Assembly: GCA_041621875.1 (NCBI GenBank)
Contig: JBFJZW010000001.1
Location: 1-58,845 of the forward strand
Origin: Pseudomonas sp.
Lineage (GTDB): Bacteria > Pseudomonadota > Gammaproteobacteria > Pseudomonadales > Pseudomonadaceae
Direction: 5' to 3'
DNA: 58,845 nt
In this document: positions 48,847 through 58,845 of the stretch, piece after piece
Layout: each line of letters begins with the position of its first letter
Position numbering within the stretch: position 1 is the first letter of the stretch
The notes under the pieces: generated by a model
Told to the model about the DNA's origin: nothing
The model's input: the letters and a program-made list of their open reading frames with translations, nothing else
The model's database searches: none
Translations under genes and position numbers: made by a program

Positions 48847-49461
48847 TTAGTCGAGCAGGTAACGCTGGGCCAGTTGCTCGGCGGCGAAGCGCGAGTCGCT
48901 GGCCAGGTGCGGTGCGGCCAGCATCATCACCTGATAGACCACCAGACGGCTTTCGCCTTCACGGCCGAGGATGCGCTGGTAGTCGAGGGAGAACAGCAGG
49001 GTCAGGGTGATCTGCTCCACCAGTTGGCCGAGGGCCTGGGTGTCGCTGAGCAGTTGGCCAGCGGCCTGCAGGCGCGCGAGCAGTTCGGCCAGGGCGCGCT
49101 TCAGGTTGTTGAGCCAGTGGCGCATGCCGCGCTCCAGCTTGGGCAGGCGGCTGGTCAGGTTGGACAGGTCCTGGAACAGAAAGCGGTAGTGGGCCAGGCG
49201 CTCGACGATCAGGTGCAGAAACAGCCAGTAATCTTCCACATCCAGCTGCACGTCTTCGGGCGGTGAGAGCAGTGGCGCGAGTTCGGCCTGGAAGCGCTCG
49301 AACAGGCCGAGGATCAGCGGTTCCTTGCCGTGGAAGTGGTAGTACAGGTTGCCCGGGCTGATGCCCAGTTCGTTGGCGATCTCCAGGGTGGAGACGTTGG
49401 GCTCGCCCTTCTGATTGAATAGCAGCAGGGCACATTCGAGGATACGGTCGCGGGTCTTCAT
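48847..49461 (-). CDS. phaD: TetR-family PHA regulator PhaD
   Basis: MKTRDRILECAL...ISPGNLYYHFHGKE; follows phaC2. Confidence 0.95.
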   Translation of the reverse strand: MKTRDRILECALLLFNQKGEPNVSTLEIANELGISPGNLYYHFHGKEPLILGLFERFQAELAPLLSPPEDVQLDVEDYWLFLHLIVERLAHYRFLFQDLSNLTSRLPKLERGMRHWLNNLKRALAELLARLQAAGQLLSDTQALGQLVEQITLTLLFSLDYQRILGREGESRLVVYQVMMLAAPHLASDSRFAAEQLAQRYLLD

Positions 49462-49521
49462 CGGGTCTTCTTATTCTGGCCGCGGTGGATAGCTGTGGCC
49501 GCCAACTGGCGGCCGTCGTGG

Positions 49522-51204
49522 TTAGCGCACATGCACATAGGTACCGGGTGCATCCTCCATGGCCGGGTAGTGCGGGTTGCCCAGGGCCATAAGGGTCTCG
49601 CGGGTTTCCCCGGAGTGGGCTTGAATCCAACTCAGCCATTCGGGCCACCAGCTGCCCTGCACATGTTTGGCATCGTGATACCAGGCGCGTGGGTCGCCGG
49701 TCAGTTTGCCGTTCTCGAAGAAGTTGGCCTTGGGGTTGCCCGGCGGGTTGAGGATGCTCTGGATATGCCCGCTGTTGGACAGGATAAAGCGCCGATCGCC
49801 GCCGAGCAGCAGGGTCGAACGGTAGACCGCGTCCCAGGGGGTGATGTGGTCGTTGATCCCGGCCACGCTGAAGCTGTCCACCGTGACCTTCTGCAGGTCG
49901 ACCGGAGTGCCGCAGATTTCCAGGCCCTGGGCGCGGATGAGCGGGTTGTGCTTGAAGAAGTCGATCAGGTCGCCATGCAGGGCCGCCGGCAGGCGGGTGT
50001 TGTCATTGTTCCAGTAGAGGATGTCGAAGGCCGGTGGCTGCTTGCCGAGCAGGTAGTTGTTGATCCAGTAGTTCCAGATCAGGTCGTTGGGGCGCATCCA
50101 GGCGAACACCTTGGCCATGTCGCGGCCGTCCAGCACGCCCTGCTGGTAGGAGCGGCGCTTGGCTGCCTCCAGGGTCTGCTCGTCGGCAAACAGCATGGCC
50201 GGGCTGTCGATCTGGCTGTCCAGCAGGCTGACCAGGTAGGTGGCGCTGGCGACCTTGCGCAGCTGGCGCTTGGCCTGCAGGTGGCCCTGCAGGGCGGCGA
50301 TGGTCAGGCCGCCGGCGCAGGCCCCGAGCAGGTTGACGTTCTTGCTGCCGGTGATCGCCCGGCAGACATCGATGGCCTCCTCGACCGCCTGCACATAGCT
50401 CGACAGGCCCCATTCACGATGGCGTGGGTCGGGGTTGCGCCAGCTGATGACGAAGGTCTGCAGGCCGTTCTTCAGGGCGTACTGGACGAAGCTCTTGTTG
50501 CTGGCAAGGTCGAAGATATAGAACTTGTTGATCTGCGGCGGCACGATCAGCAGGGGTTTGGCGTACTGCTTCTCGCTCATCGGCTTGTACTGGATCAGTT
50601 CCAGCAGCTCGTTGCGAAACACCACGGCACCGCTGGTGGTGGCCAGGTTGCGGCCGACTTCGAAGGCCTGCTTGCTGACCTGGCTGGGCATGCCGTCGTT
50701 GTTCACCAGGTCGTCGAACAGGTGACCGAGGCCCTTGACCAGGCTGCTGCCGCCGGTGTCGAAGAATTCCTTGAGCGCCTGCGGGTTGAGCGGGCTGTTG
50801 GAGGGGGATAGGGCATCGCCGAGCAGGGTGGCGATAAAGCGCGCGCGGGAACGGTCGTCGGCGCTCATGCTGCTCTCGTCTATCCAGTGGTTGAGCTGTT
50901 TCTGGCAGGCCAGATAGGCCTGCAGGCTGCGCCTGTAGAGGGGGTTGTGGTGCCAGGTCGGGTCGGCAAAACGGGCGTCCTGGGGGTTGACCTGGTAGGG
51001 GATGTCGCCGAGCAGGACCCGGCCCAGTTGACCGCCCAGGGCCAGGACGTGGCGGGCGCTGTGTACGGGTTGCTTGAGACCCTGCAGGGCCAGGCTGCGC
51101 AGGGTGGACAGAACATCGCGGCCACGCAGTCCAGCGACGGCGTTTTGCGCATTCATCGGGCGGTAGGAGGCAGGCAGGGTCTTTCTGGTCGGCTGGTCTC
51201 GCAT
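49522..51204 (-). CDS. phaC2: Class II PHA synthase PhaC2
   Basis: 560 aa; PPQINKFY, lipase box GACAGG, DHITPW and SGHIQS. Confidence 0.96.
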   Translation of the reverse strand: MRDQPTRKTLPASYRPMNAQNAVAGLRGRDVLSTLRSLALQGLKQPVHSARHVLALGGQLGRVLLGDIPYQVNPQDARFADPTWHHNPLYRRSLQAYLACQKQLNHWIDESSMSADDRSRARFIATLLGDALSPSNSPLNPQALKEFFDTGGSSLVKGLGHLFDDLVNNDGMPSQVSKQAFEVGRNLATTSGAVVFRNELLELIQYKPMSEKQYAKPLLIVPPQINKFYIFDLASNKSFVQYALKNGLQTFVISWRNPDPRHREWGLSSYVQAVEEAIDVCRAITGSKNVNLLGACAGGLTIAALQGHLQAKRQLRKVASATYLVSLLDSQIDSPAMLFADEQTLEAAKRRSYQQGVLDGRDMAKVFAWMRPNDLIWNYWINNYLLGKQPPAFDILYWNNDNTRLPAALHGDLIDFFKHNPLIRAQGLEICGTPVDLQKVTVDSFSVAGINDHITPWDAVYRSTLLLGGDRRFILSNSGHIQSILNPPGNPKANFFENGKLTGDPRAWYHDAKHVQGSWWPEWLSWIQAHSGETRETLMALGNPHYPAMEDAPGTYVHVR

Positions 51205-51410
51205 TGGGCAACACTCCGTCGTCAAACCGTGAGACTTCAAGGTTTACAGGTAAGCAGCAAGGCTTATACCAATGGGCGCGAAGGGGCATCCCAGACTACG
51301 TCGCACCAAGTTTCAGGTAATACCGCGTGCTCGAAAACGGGTCAAGGGTTGCCTGCGCGCACCACCGCTGTGCCGGACCTCTATCCGGCGTCTTGTCCGG
51401 GGGGCGACGG

Positions 51411-52268
51411 TCAATGGCTGCGGGCGGGGGCGGGGTGCGGGTGCATGATCGCGCGTTGCCGTTCTTCCTCGAGAAATTTCATGATGATCGGTGCGACAGC
51501 TTCGGCGCGGGTCACCAGGAACAGGTGGCCATCGTCGATCACGTGCAGTTCGGAGTTGGGGATGCGCCAGGCCAGCAGGCGCATATTCACCAGCGGGATC
51601 AGCGGGTCGTCGTCGCCGGCCATCACCAGGGTCGGCTGGCGGATCTTGTGCAGCCAGTGGATGCTGGTCCAGCCGAGGCCTGCAAACAGCTGCCAGTAGT
51701 AGCCCATCTTGCCGCCCGAACGGACTTTACTGGCATGCGCCAGGGCCAGTTTGGGGTCGCGGCGGAACGCGCCGCCGTAGATCTCCGGGGCGATCTGCAC
51801 GCCGTAGGACGGCTGCACATAACGCCGCGGGCTGGCCATGCACCAGAGCACCTTGGGTTTGCCGGGAATCATCACCGCGCCCGCCGAGGTGGCGGCGAGG
51901 ATCAGCTTCTTGCAGCGCTCCGGGTAGTCGTGGGCGAACTGCTGCGCCAGGGCCCCGCCCCAGGACACGCCGATGGCATTGACCTGGCCGTAGTCGAGGT
52001 AGTCGAGCATGCGCGCCGCCAGCTTGGCCAGGCCAGGAAAGCGGTAAGGCGTGCTGGGCGTGGAGGAGCCGCCGACACCGGGTACGTCGAAGGCAATCAC
52101 CTCCAGACCGGGGTCGAGGGCGCGGACGAAGGGCATGACCAGTTCCAGGTTGGCACCGATGCCGTTGAAGATCAGCAGGGGTGTCATCTGGCCGTTGCCC
52201 GGGCGAACGGCGGTACGAATGGTCTGGCCGTCCAGTTCGATGGTACGGAATACAAAGGGTAACGACAT
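51411..52268 (-). CDS. phaZ: Intracellular mcl-PHA depolymerase PhaZ
   Basis: 285 aa; FNGIGAN, GVSWGG, GDDDP and DGHLF motifs. Confidence 0.96.
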   Translation of the reverse strand: MSLPFVFRTIELDGQTIRTAVRPGNGQMTPLLIFNGIGANLELVMPFVRALDPGLEVIAFDVPGVGGSSTPSTPYRFPGLAKLAARMLDYLDYGQVNAIGVSWGGALAQQFAHDYPERCKKLILAATSAGAVMIPGKPKVLWCMASPRRYVQPSYGVQIAPEIYGGAFRRDPKLALAHASKVRSGGKMGYYWQLFAGLGWTSIHWLHKIRQPTLVMAGDDDPLIPLVNMRLLAWRIPNSELHVIDDGHLFLVTRAEAVAPIIMKFLEEERQRAIMHPHPAPARSH

Positions 52269-52426
52269 ACGCAAAAGCCCTATCAATAAAAACACTGGGT
52301 CAGACCGTCCAGGTCATTCCCAGAACCGCCAGGGCAGAGCCTGGTTCGCCACGCGCGGGCCGATGGGCCCAGGCTGGCGAGCGGCACCTCCAGTGCCGCG
52401 GGCAGCGTTGCGCAGTGCGCAGTCGA

Positions 52427-54106
52427 TTAGCGTTCGTGCACGTAGGTGCCGGGGGCGGCTTCGCCCGCGGCATATTTCTTGTTGCCCAGTTGCCCGGGGG
52501 CCTTTTTCTGCTCGCCGGAGCGCTCGGCCAGCCAGGACTGCCAGTGCAGCCACCAGGAGTCGGCATGCTTGGTCGAGCCGGCCTGCCAGGCCTTGGGGTT
52601 GAGCGGCATTTCGCTATTGGTCATATAACGCGCCTTGGGGTTGCCAGGCGGGTTGAGGATGCTCTGGATATGCCCGCTGTTGGACAGCACGAATTCGACC
52701 TTGCCGCCGAACAGGTTGGCCGACTTGTAGCAGGACTCCCAGGGGGTGATGTGGTCGGTGGTGCCGGCGACGCAGAACAGGTCGCAGGTGACCTGCTTGA
52801 GGTCGATCGGCGTGCCGCAGACTTCCAGGGCCCCGGGGCGGATCAGCGGGTTGGACTTGAACATCTCGATAAACTCGCCATGCAGGGCAGCCGGCAGGCG
52901 GGTGGTGTCGTTGTTCCAGTAGAGGATGTCGAATACCGGCGGTTCGTTACCCAGCAGGTAATTGTTGACCCAGTAATTCCAGATCAGGTCGTTGGGGCGC
53001 ATCCAGGCGAACACCTTGGCCATGTCGCTGCCTTCCAGCACGCCGGCCTGATAGGAGCGGCGCTTGGCGGCTTCCAGGCTCTTCTCGTCGGCGAACAGCG
53101 CCACATCGGTTTCCAGGCGGTTGTCCAGCACGCTGACCAGCAGGGTCAGGGCGTGCACTTTGTGCTCGCCGAGGGCGGCGTAGTGGCCCAGCAGGGAGGT
53201 GGTGGTAAGGCCGCCGGAGCAGGCCCCGAGCATGTTGATGTCCTTGCTGCCGGTAACGGCGGTGACCACGTCGATGGCTTCCTTCAGCGCTTCGATATAG
53301 CTCGACAGGCCCCACTCGCGGTGGGCCTTGGTCGGGTTGCGCCAGCTCACCACGAAGGTCTGGATGCCGTTGCGCAACAGGAAGCGTGCCACGCTCTTTT
53401 CCTGCGACAGGTCGAAGATATAGAACTTGTTGATCTGCGGCGGCACCACCAGCAGCGGACGCTGGTGGACCTGCTCGGTGATCGGTTTGTACTGGATCAG
53501 CTCCAGCACCTCGTTACGGAAGATCACCGCGCCGTCGGTGGTGGCCAGGTTCTTGCCGACCTCGAAGGCGTTCATGTTGACCTGGCTGGGCATGCCGCCG
53601 TTGTTGACGATGTCCTTGGCCAGGTGCGACAAGCCGTCGAGCAGGCTCTTGCCGCCGGTTTCGAAGAAGCGCTTGACTGCCGCCGGGTTGGCCACAGTGT
53701 TGGTCGGGGCCATGGCTTCGGTCATCAGGTTGATCACGAAGTGGCCGCGGCTGGCATCCTGCTCGGACAGGTTGCTGTGCTCGACCCAGTCATGCAGCTC
53801 CTTGCGCCAGGCCAGGTAGGTCTGCAGGTAGCGCTTGTACAGCGGGTTCTGGCTCCAAGCTGGATCGGCAAAGCGGCGGTCGCCGTCTTCGGGCTTGAGT
53901 TCGGATTGGCCAAACATCACGTTCTTCAGTTCCATGCCGAAATGGGCGGCATGCTTGGCGCTGTGGAAGGGCTGTTTGATGGCCTGGCGCAATACCAGGC
54001 GGGCTGAAGTCAGCAGGTCTTTACCGCTGATGCCGATCACCGGGTTAAGGCCGAGAGTGTTCTCGGAGGCCTGGCGCTTCAGGTCATCATTGTTCTTGTC
54101 AGTCAT
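52427..54106 (-). CDS. phaC1: Class II PHA synthase PhaC1
   Basis: 559 aa; ASENTLGLNP, GACSGG, DHITPW and SGHIQS. Confidence 0.97.
   Translation of the reverse strand: MTDKNNDDLKRQASENTLGLNPVIGISGKDLLTSARLVLRQAIKQPFHSAKHAAHFGMELKNVMFGQSELKPEDGDRRFADPAWSQNPLYKRYLQTYLAWRKELHDWVEHSNLSEQDASRGHFVINLMTEAMAPTNTVANPAAVKRFFETGGKSLLDGLSHLAKDIVNNGGMPSQVNMNAFEVGKNLATTDGAVIFRNEVLELIQYKPITEQVHQRPLLVVPPQINKFYIFDLSQEKSVARFLLRNGIQTFVVSWRNPTKAHREWGLSSYIEALKEAIDVVTAVTGSKDINMLGACSGGLTTTSLLGHYAALGEHKVHALTLLVSVLDNRLETDVALFADEKSLEAAKRRSYQAGVLEGSDMAKVFAWMRPNDLIWNYWVNNYLLGNEPPVFDILYWNNDTTRLPAALHGEFIEMFKSNPLIRPGALEVCGTPIDLKQVTCDLFCVAGTTDHITPWESCYKSANLFGGKVEFVLSNSGHIQSILNPPGNPKARYMTNSEMPLNPKAWQAGSTKHADSWWLHWQSWLAERSGEQKKAPGQLGNKKYAAGEAAPGTYVHER
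54090..54097 (-). promoter_or_regulatory. Possible Hfq/Crc A-rich motif at the start of the phaC1 coding region
   Basis: AAGAACAA (AANAANAA) just after the start codon. Short motif, so it could be chance. Confidence 0.4.
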
Positions 54107-54169
54107 CTACAACGCTCCATTGTCCTGAGACGAAATACCGGCGTACTGCTGTGCACGGTGACACAGGGC

Positions 54170-54311
54170 TAGAACCTGCTCTAAGTCTGCTGCGCGTCGG
54201 TCCTGCTGCGTTAAAAACAGACTCGGAATGCTCATGTACAAAAGTACACTCCGCTTCCTCACTAGTTTTTGCCTTGCATGACTCTAGCTCGCGAGACTTT
54301 AAACCGGTTCC
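54170..54311 (+). mobile_element. Near full-length degenerate MITE-like dispersed repeat (~140 bp)
   Basis: Imperfect TIRs AGAACCTGCTCTAAGTCT / AGACTTTAAACCGGTTCC; central TGTAC-AAAA-GTACA; homologous to 14739-14789 and 34783-34840. Confidence 0.65.
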
Positions 54312-54481
54312 ATGAACCAGGTATTGCCCGGGTTGCCGAGGGCGGATCAGCTCCGCAGTCTTCTCTGCACCCGAGATGCCCGGGCGCAAGGAAACTTCCA
54401 GCTACTTGGTTACCCGAGTTTGTGAAATTGTGCAAGCTGGTCGCGATATGGACCGAATGCGTGGGGAGTATGCCGAGAAGG

Positions 54482-54501
54482 ATTAGAAAATGCGCTCTAA
54501 C
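54482..54501. promoter_or_regulatory. Putative PhaD operator at the phaC1 promoter
   Basis: aTTAGA-AAATGCGC-TCTAAc; 13 of 18 identical to the reverse complement of the phaI site. Confidence 0.7.
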
Positions 54502-54620
54502 CGGCTAGGCACGAGGGTTTAGGCGGGCTGTCGGGGTGCGACGGATTGTCGCCCGGCAGGCTTGGGAGGGTAAAAACTGAAGCGCCCGGGCCATTGCTGG
54601 CGGCCCGTCGCGCCTGCGCT

Positions 54621-54995
54621 TCAGAGCATCAGCTTGACCACGCTTTCGTTGGGGTCGCGGGACTTGCCGGCGGCGGCAAGCGCGGCCAGGTAGTCGGCCC
54701 ACAGGCGTTCCTGCCCGGTGGCCAGTTGCTCGAGGTAATCCCAGGTAAACAGGCCGCTGTCGTGGCCGTCATCGAAGGTCAGTTTCAGTGCGTAGTTGCC
54801 GGCGGGTTCGATCTTGCTCAGGCCGACATGCAGTTTGCCCGTCTGCAGGATGGGCTTGCCGTGGCCCTGCACCTCGGCCGAGGGCGAGTGCACCCGGAGA
54901 AACTCCGCCGGCAGGCTGTAACGCTCGTCGGGGCCGTAGTGCAGCTCCAGGGTTTTCGAGGCTTTGTGCAGTTTGATGGCGGTAGGGATACGCAT
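54621..54995 (-). CDS. DUF971 / gamma-butyrobetaine hydroxylase-like N-terminal domain protein
   Basis: LRVHSPSAEVQGH, GNYAL and FDDGHDSG motifs. Confidence 0.9.
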   Translation of the reverse strand: MRIPTAIKLHKASKTLELHYGPDERYSLPAEFLRVHSPSAEVQGHGKPILQTGKLHVGLSKIEPAGNYALKLTFDDGHDSGLFTWDYLEQLATGQERLWADYLAALAAAGKSRDPNESVVKLML

Positions 54996-55017
54996 GTTCG
55001 CGTCCTGGAGTTGTTAT

Positions 55018-55075
55018 GTAGCCCGGATGCAATCCGGGGCTCCGTGGTGGAGGCTTCGGAGTGCATCCGGGCTAC
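55018..55075. repeat. REP doublet (GTAG type)
   Basis: GTAGCCCGGATGCAATCCGGG ... TGCATCCGGGCTAC; 14-bp perfect outer inverted repeat. Confidence 0.85.
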
Positions 55076-55084
55076 GTGTGTGCG

Positions 55085-56425
55085 TTACAGAATATAGCGC
55101 GAGAGGTCTTCGTCCTGCGCCAGTTCGCCGAGGTGGCTGTTGACGTAGGCCGCGTCGATCACGATCGGCGCACCATTCTGCTGGCCGGCCAGGTCGCCGG
55201 CGCTGAAGGAGACTTCTTCGAGCAGGCGTTCGAGCAGGGTGTGCAGGCGGCGCGCGCCGATATTTTCGGTCTTCTCGTTGACCTGCCAGGCAATCTCGGC
55301 GATGCGCTTGATGCCGTCGGGTACGAACTGGATCGTCAGGCCTTCGGTATTCAGCAGTGCGGCGTACTGCTCGGTGAGCGAGGCGTGCGGTTCGCTGAGG
55401 ATGCGTTCGAAATCCTCGGGGGACAACGCCTTGAGCTCCACGCGAATCGGCAGGCGGCCCTGCAGTTCGGGTACCAGGTCGCTGGGCTTGCTCAGGTGGA
55501 ACGCGCCGGAGGCGATAAACAGGATATGGTCGGTCTTGACCATGCCCAGCTTGGTGTTCACCGTGCAGCCCTCGATCAGCGGCAGCAGGTCGCGCTGTAC
55601 ACCCTCGCGAGACACATCGGCCCCGCCGGTGTTGCCGCGCTTGGCCACCTTGTCGATCTCGTCGATAAACACGATGCCGTTCTGTTCCACCGCTTCCAGG
55701 GCGCGGGCCTTGAGTTCTTCCTCGTTGACCAGGCGCGCGGCTTCCTCGTCGCCCACCAGTTTCAGGGCTTCCTTGACCTTGAGCTTGCGGCTCTTCTTCT
55801 TGCCCTTGCCCATGTTGGAAAACAGGCTCTGCAGCTGGTTGGTCATCTCTTCCATGCCCGGTGGGGTCATGATTTCGATGCCTGCCGGACTGTCGGCCAC
55901 TTCGATCTCGATTTCCTTGTCGTCCAGCTGGCCTTCGCGCAGGCGTTTGCGGAACAGCTGGCGGGTGTTGGAATCGTTGCTCGGGGTCGGGTCTTCGTTG
56001 AAGCCGGCACGCGGCGGCGGCAACAGGGCATCGAGGATGCGCTCTTCGGCGGCGTCTTCGGCGCGGTGGCGAACCTTGATCATCTCCTGCTCGCGCAGCA
56101 GCTTGATCGCCGCATCGGCGAGGTCACGGATGATCGACTCGACATCGCGGCCGACATAGCCGACCTCGGTGAACTTGGTCGCTTCCACCTTGATAAAGGG
56201 CGCGTTGGCCAATTTGGCCAGGCGTCGGGCGATTTCGGTCTTGCCGACCCCGGTCGGGCCGATCATCAGGATGTTCTTCGGTGTCACTTCGGCGCGCAGC
56301 TCAGCCGGCAGCTGCATACGCCGCCAGCGGTTGCGCAGGGCAATGGCCACGGCGCGCTTGGCGTCGTCCTGACCGATGATATGGCGGCTGAGTTCGTGGA
56401 CGATCTCGCGGGGCGTCATGGGCAT
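55085..56425 (-). CDS. hslU: ATP-dependent protease ATPase subunit HslU
   Basis: [19 protein letters not shown] and NIGARRL motifs. Confidence 0.98.
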   Translation of the reverse strand: MPMTPREIVHELSRHIIGQDDAKRAVAIALRNRWRRMQLPAELRAEVTPKNILMIGPTGVGKTEIARRLAKLANAPFIKVEATKFTEVGYVGRDVESIIRDLADAAIKLLREQEMIKVRHRAEDAAEERILDALLPPPRAGFNEDPTPSNDSNTRQLFRKRLREGQLDDKEIEIEVADSPAGIEIMTPPGMEEMTNQLQSLFSNMGKGKKKSRKLKVKEALKLVGDEEAARLVNEEELKARALEAVEQNGIVFIDEIDKVAKRGNTGGADVSREGVQRDLLPLIEGCTVNTKLGMVKTDHILFIASGAFHLSKPSDLVPELQGRLPIRVELKALSPEDFERILSEPHASLTEQYAALLNTEGLTIQFVPDGIKRIAEIAWQVNEKTENIGARRLHTLLERLLEEVSFSAGDLAGQQNGAPIVIDAAYVNSHLGELAQDEDLSRYIL

Positions 56426-56452
56426 GCGGGGGTACTCCGGCAGAAGCCGCGC

Positions 56453-56983
56453 TTATTCGGCGCAGTCTTCCTCTTCGATGGTTAGGTTCTGATTGGTGAA
56501 AACACAGATGGAACCGGCAATGTTCAGCGCGGTTTCGGTGATTTCACGGGCGCTCAAGTCGGTTTTCTGCAACAGGGCCATGGCCGCGGCCTGTGCAAAG
56601 CCGCCGCCGGAGCCCATGGCGATCAGGCCCTGCTCGGGCTCAACCACGTCGCCGTTGCCGGTGATGATCAGCGAGGCGTCCTTGTTGGCCACCGCCAGCA
56701 TGGCTTCCAGGCGGCTCAGCGAACGGTCGGTGCGCCAGTCTTTGGCCAGCTCGACGGCGGCGCGTACCAGGTGGCCCTGGTGTTTCTCCAGCTGGCCTTC
56801 GAAGCGTTCGAACAGGGTAAAGGCGTCGGCGGTGGCACCGGCGAAGCCGGCCAGCACCTGGCCGTGGTACAGGCGGCGAACTTTTTTCGCGTTGCCTTTC
56901 ATCACGGTATTGCCAAGGGACACCTGGCCGTCGCCGCCCATGACGACTTTGCCGTTGCGGCGCACTGAAACGATGGTGGTCAA
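56453..56983 (-). CDS. hslV: Protease subunit HslV
   Basis: TTG start with GGAG RBS; N-terminal nucleophile TTIVSVRR; GSGG. Confidence 0.97.
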   Translation of the reverse strand: MTTIVSVRRNGKVVMGGDGQVSLGNTVMKGNAKKVRRLYHGQVLAGFAGATADAFTLFERFEGQLEKHQGHLVRAAVELAKDWRTDRSLSRLEAMLAVANKDASLIITGNGDVVEPEQGLIAMGSGGGFAQAAAMALLQKTDLSAREITETALNIAGSICVFTNQNLTIEEEDCAE

Positions 56984-57031
56984 GGGAAGAGTCTCCACGC
57001 AGCGGGGCGAAAGTGCCCAATGCCGAATGAA

Positions 57032-57058
57032 GTGGGGGCAGCGGTGGTCCGCTTCAAG
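57032..57058 (-). promoter_or_regulatory. sigma32 (RpoH) promoter of hslVU
   Basis: Minus strand CTTGAA-N15-CCCCAC, against the consensus CTTGAA-N13..17-CCCCAT. Confidence 0.75.
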
Positions 57059-57123
57059 TCCTGGGCGCGCGCCGTCCGACAAATAGTCGTCAGACGGTGC
57101 CCGAGAGCCTGAAATCGCGCGGT

Positions 57124-57804
57124 TTATTGCGCCTGGCGCTGCTGTAACAACAGATTGCTGAAGCCGCTGGCCGCCAGGGACTTCTGCGCCTGGCCGAGCT
57201 GCTCACGGGTGGCGAAGGGGCCGACCAGCACGCGGTGCCAGGTTTCCTCGCGCACCGTGCCGGATTCCACCTGGACGTTCTGTCCGAGCAGGATGATCTG
57301 CGCGCGCAGGCCGTCGGCGTCGTCCTTGCGGCGGAACGAGCCGGCCTGGAGGAAGAATTGCGAGCTGACCGGGCCTTTGGCGACCACCGGCGGCGGTGGC
57401 GGCACCTGGCCGTTGAGCGCGGCCTCGGCGCGGGCGGCATCGATCTTCGCCGCTTCCTCCGGGGTGACCGGTTTCTGCGCCGGTGGTGCGGGTGGCTCGA
57501 TGGACTGCGGCGGCAGTATCACTTCCGATTCCGGCAGCAGGGTGTAGAAGTCGTACTTCGGCTTGGCCGGTTCGCGGGTGGCCGGCTTGCTGGCCGCCGC
57601 TTTGCTGGCCTGGGTGGCGCGCGCCTGTTCGACCTTGCTGCGCTTGATGTCGTCACGGCCCGGTTCGAGGCTGAACAGAAACACCATAAAACCGCCGATC
57701 ACCAGGCCGCAGACCAGCCAGAACCAGCCCGGCACCGGCTTCTTCGCCGGGGCCTGATAGCGGCTGGCACCGCGCTTGGGTGCGGCTTTCTTCTTCGCCG
57801 CCAC
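57124..57804 (-). CDS. ftsN: SPOR-domain cell division protein (FtsN-like)
   Basis: Basic N-tail, single [13 protein letters not shown] and SPOR domain (LQAGSF...WHRVLVGPF); lies between argS and hslV. Confidence 0.8.
   Translation of the reverse strand: MAAKKKAAPKRGASRYQAPAKKPVPGWFWLVCGLVIGGFMVFLFSLEPGRDDIKRSKVEQARATQASKAAASKPATREPAKPKYDFYTLLPESEVILPPQSIEPPAPPAQKPVTPEEAAKIDAARAEAALNGQVPPPPPVVAKGPVSSQFFLQAGSFRRKDDADGLRAQIILLGQNVQVESGTVREETWHRVLVGPFATREQLGQAQKSLAASGFSNLLLQQRQAQ

Positions 57805-58845
<1,041 letters not shown>

Noticed and set aside
54235-54248. TGTAC-AAAA-GTACA as a TF operator for phaC1
   Set aside because: It lies at the centre of the MITE-like element and is better explained as its internal hairpin.

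Overview
High-GC Pseudomonas-type chromosomal segment. The conserved backbone runs ntrC(partial)-ntrB-2xDUF4124-glnA-thiI-typA ... DUF2339-DUF3999-estA-fbp-DUF924-lipoprotein-blc ... pip-dtd ... rsmE-tatCBA-hisEI-ubiBJE-phaI-phaF-phaD-phaC2-phaZ-phaC1-DUF971-hslUV-SPOR-argS(partial). Accessory blocks interrupt it: (i) a SnoaL-AraC / FAD oxidoreductase / cupin / polyamine-binding cluster (8.8-14 kb); (ii) a 7TM-PAS-GGDEF gene; (iii) a ~9 kb dialkylresorcinol-type cluster (26.3-35.4 kb), the best candidate for an undescribed system; (iv) two divergent regulator-target modules (TetR/DoxX and HxlR/SDR-GST-kappa) with visible operators. Cluster (iii) has darA, darB, a small protein and a BtrH-like Cys hydrolase facing a second operon (dehydratase, ABC exporter, ACP, active KS, inactive CLF-like KS), plus a flanking ICMT-type methyltransferase and DUF2141. 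Non-coding structure is rich: five different GTAG-type REP doublets, three copies or fragments of one MITE-like repeat, a 75-bp four-hairpin tandem repeat, and sigma54, NtrC, sigma32 and PhaD sites. No rRNA, tRNA, CRISPR array, integrase or transposase was seen. All calls come from manual motif recognition; no searches were run.
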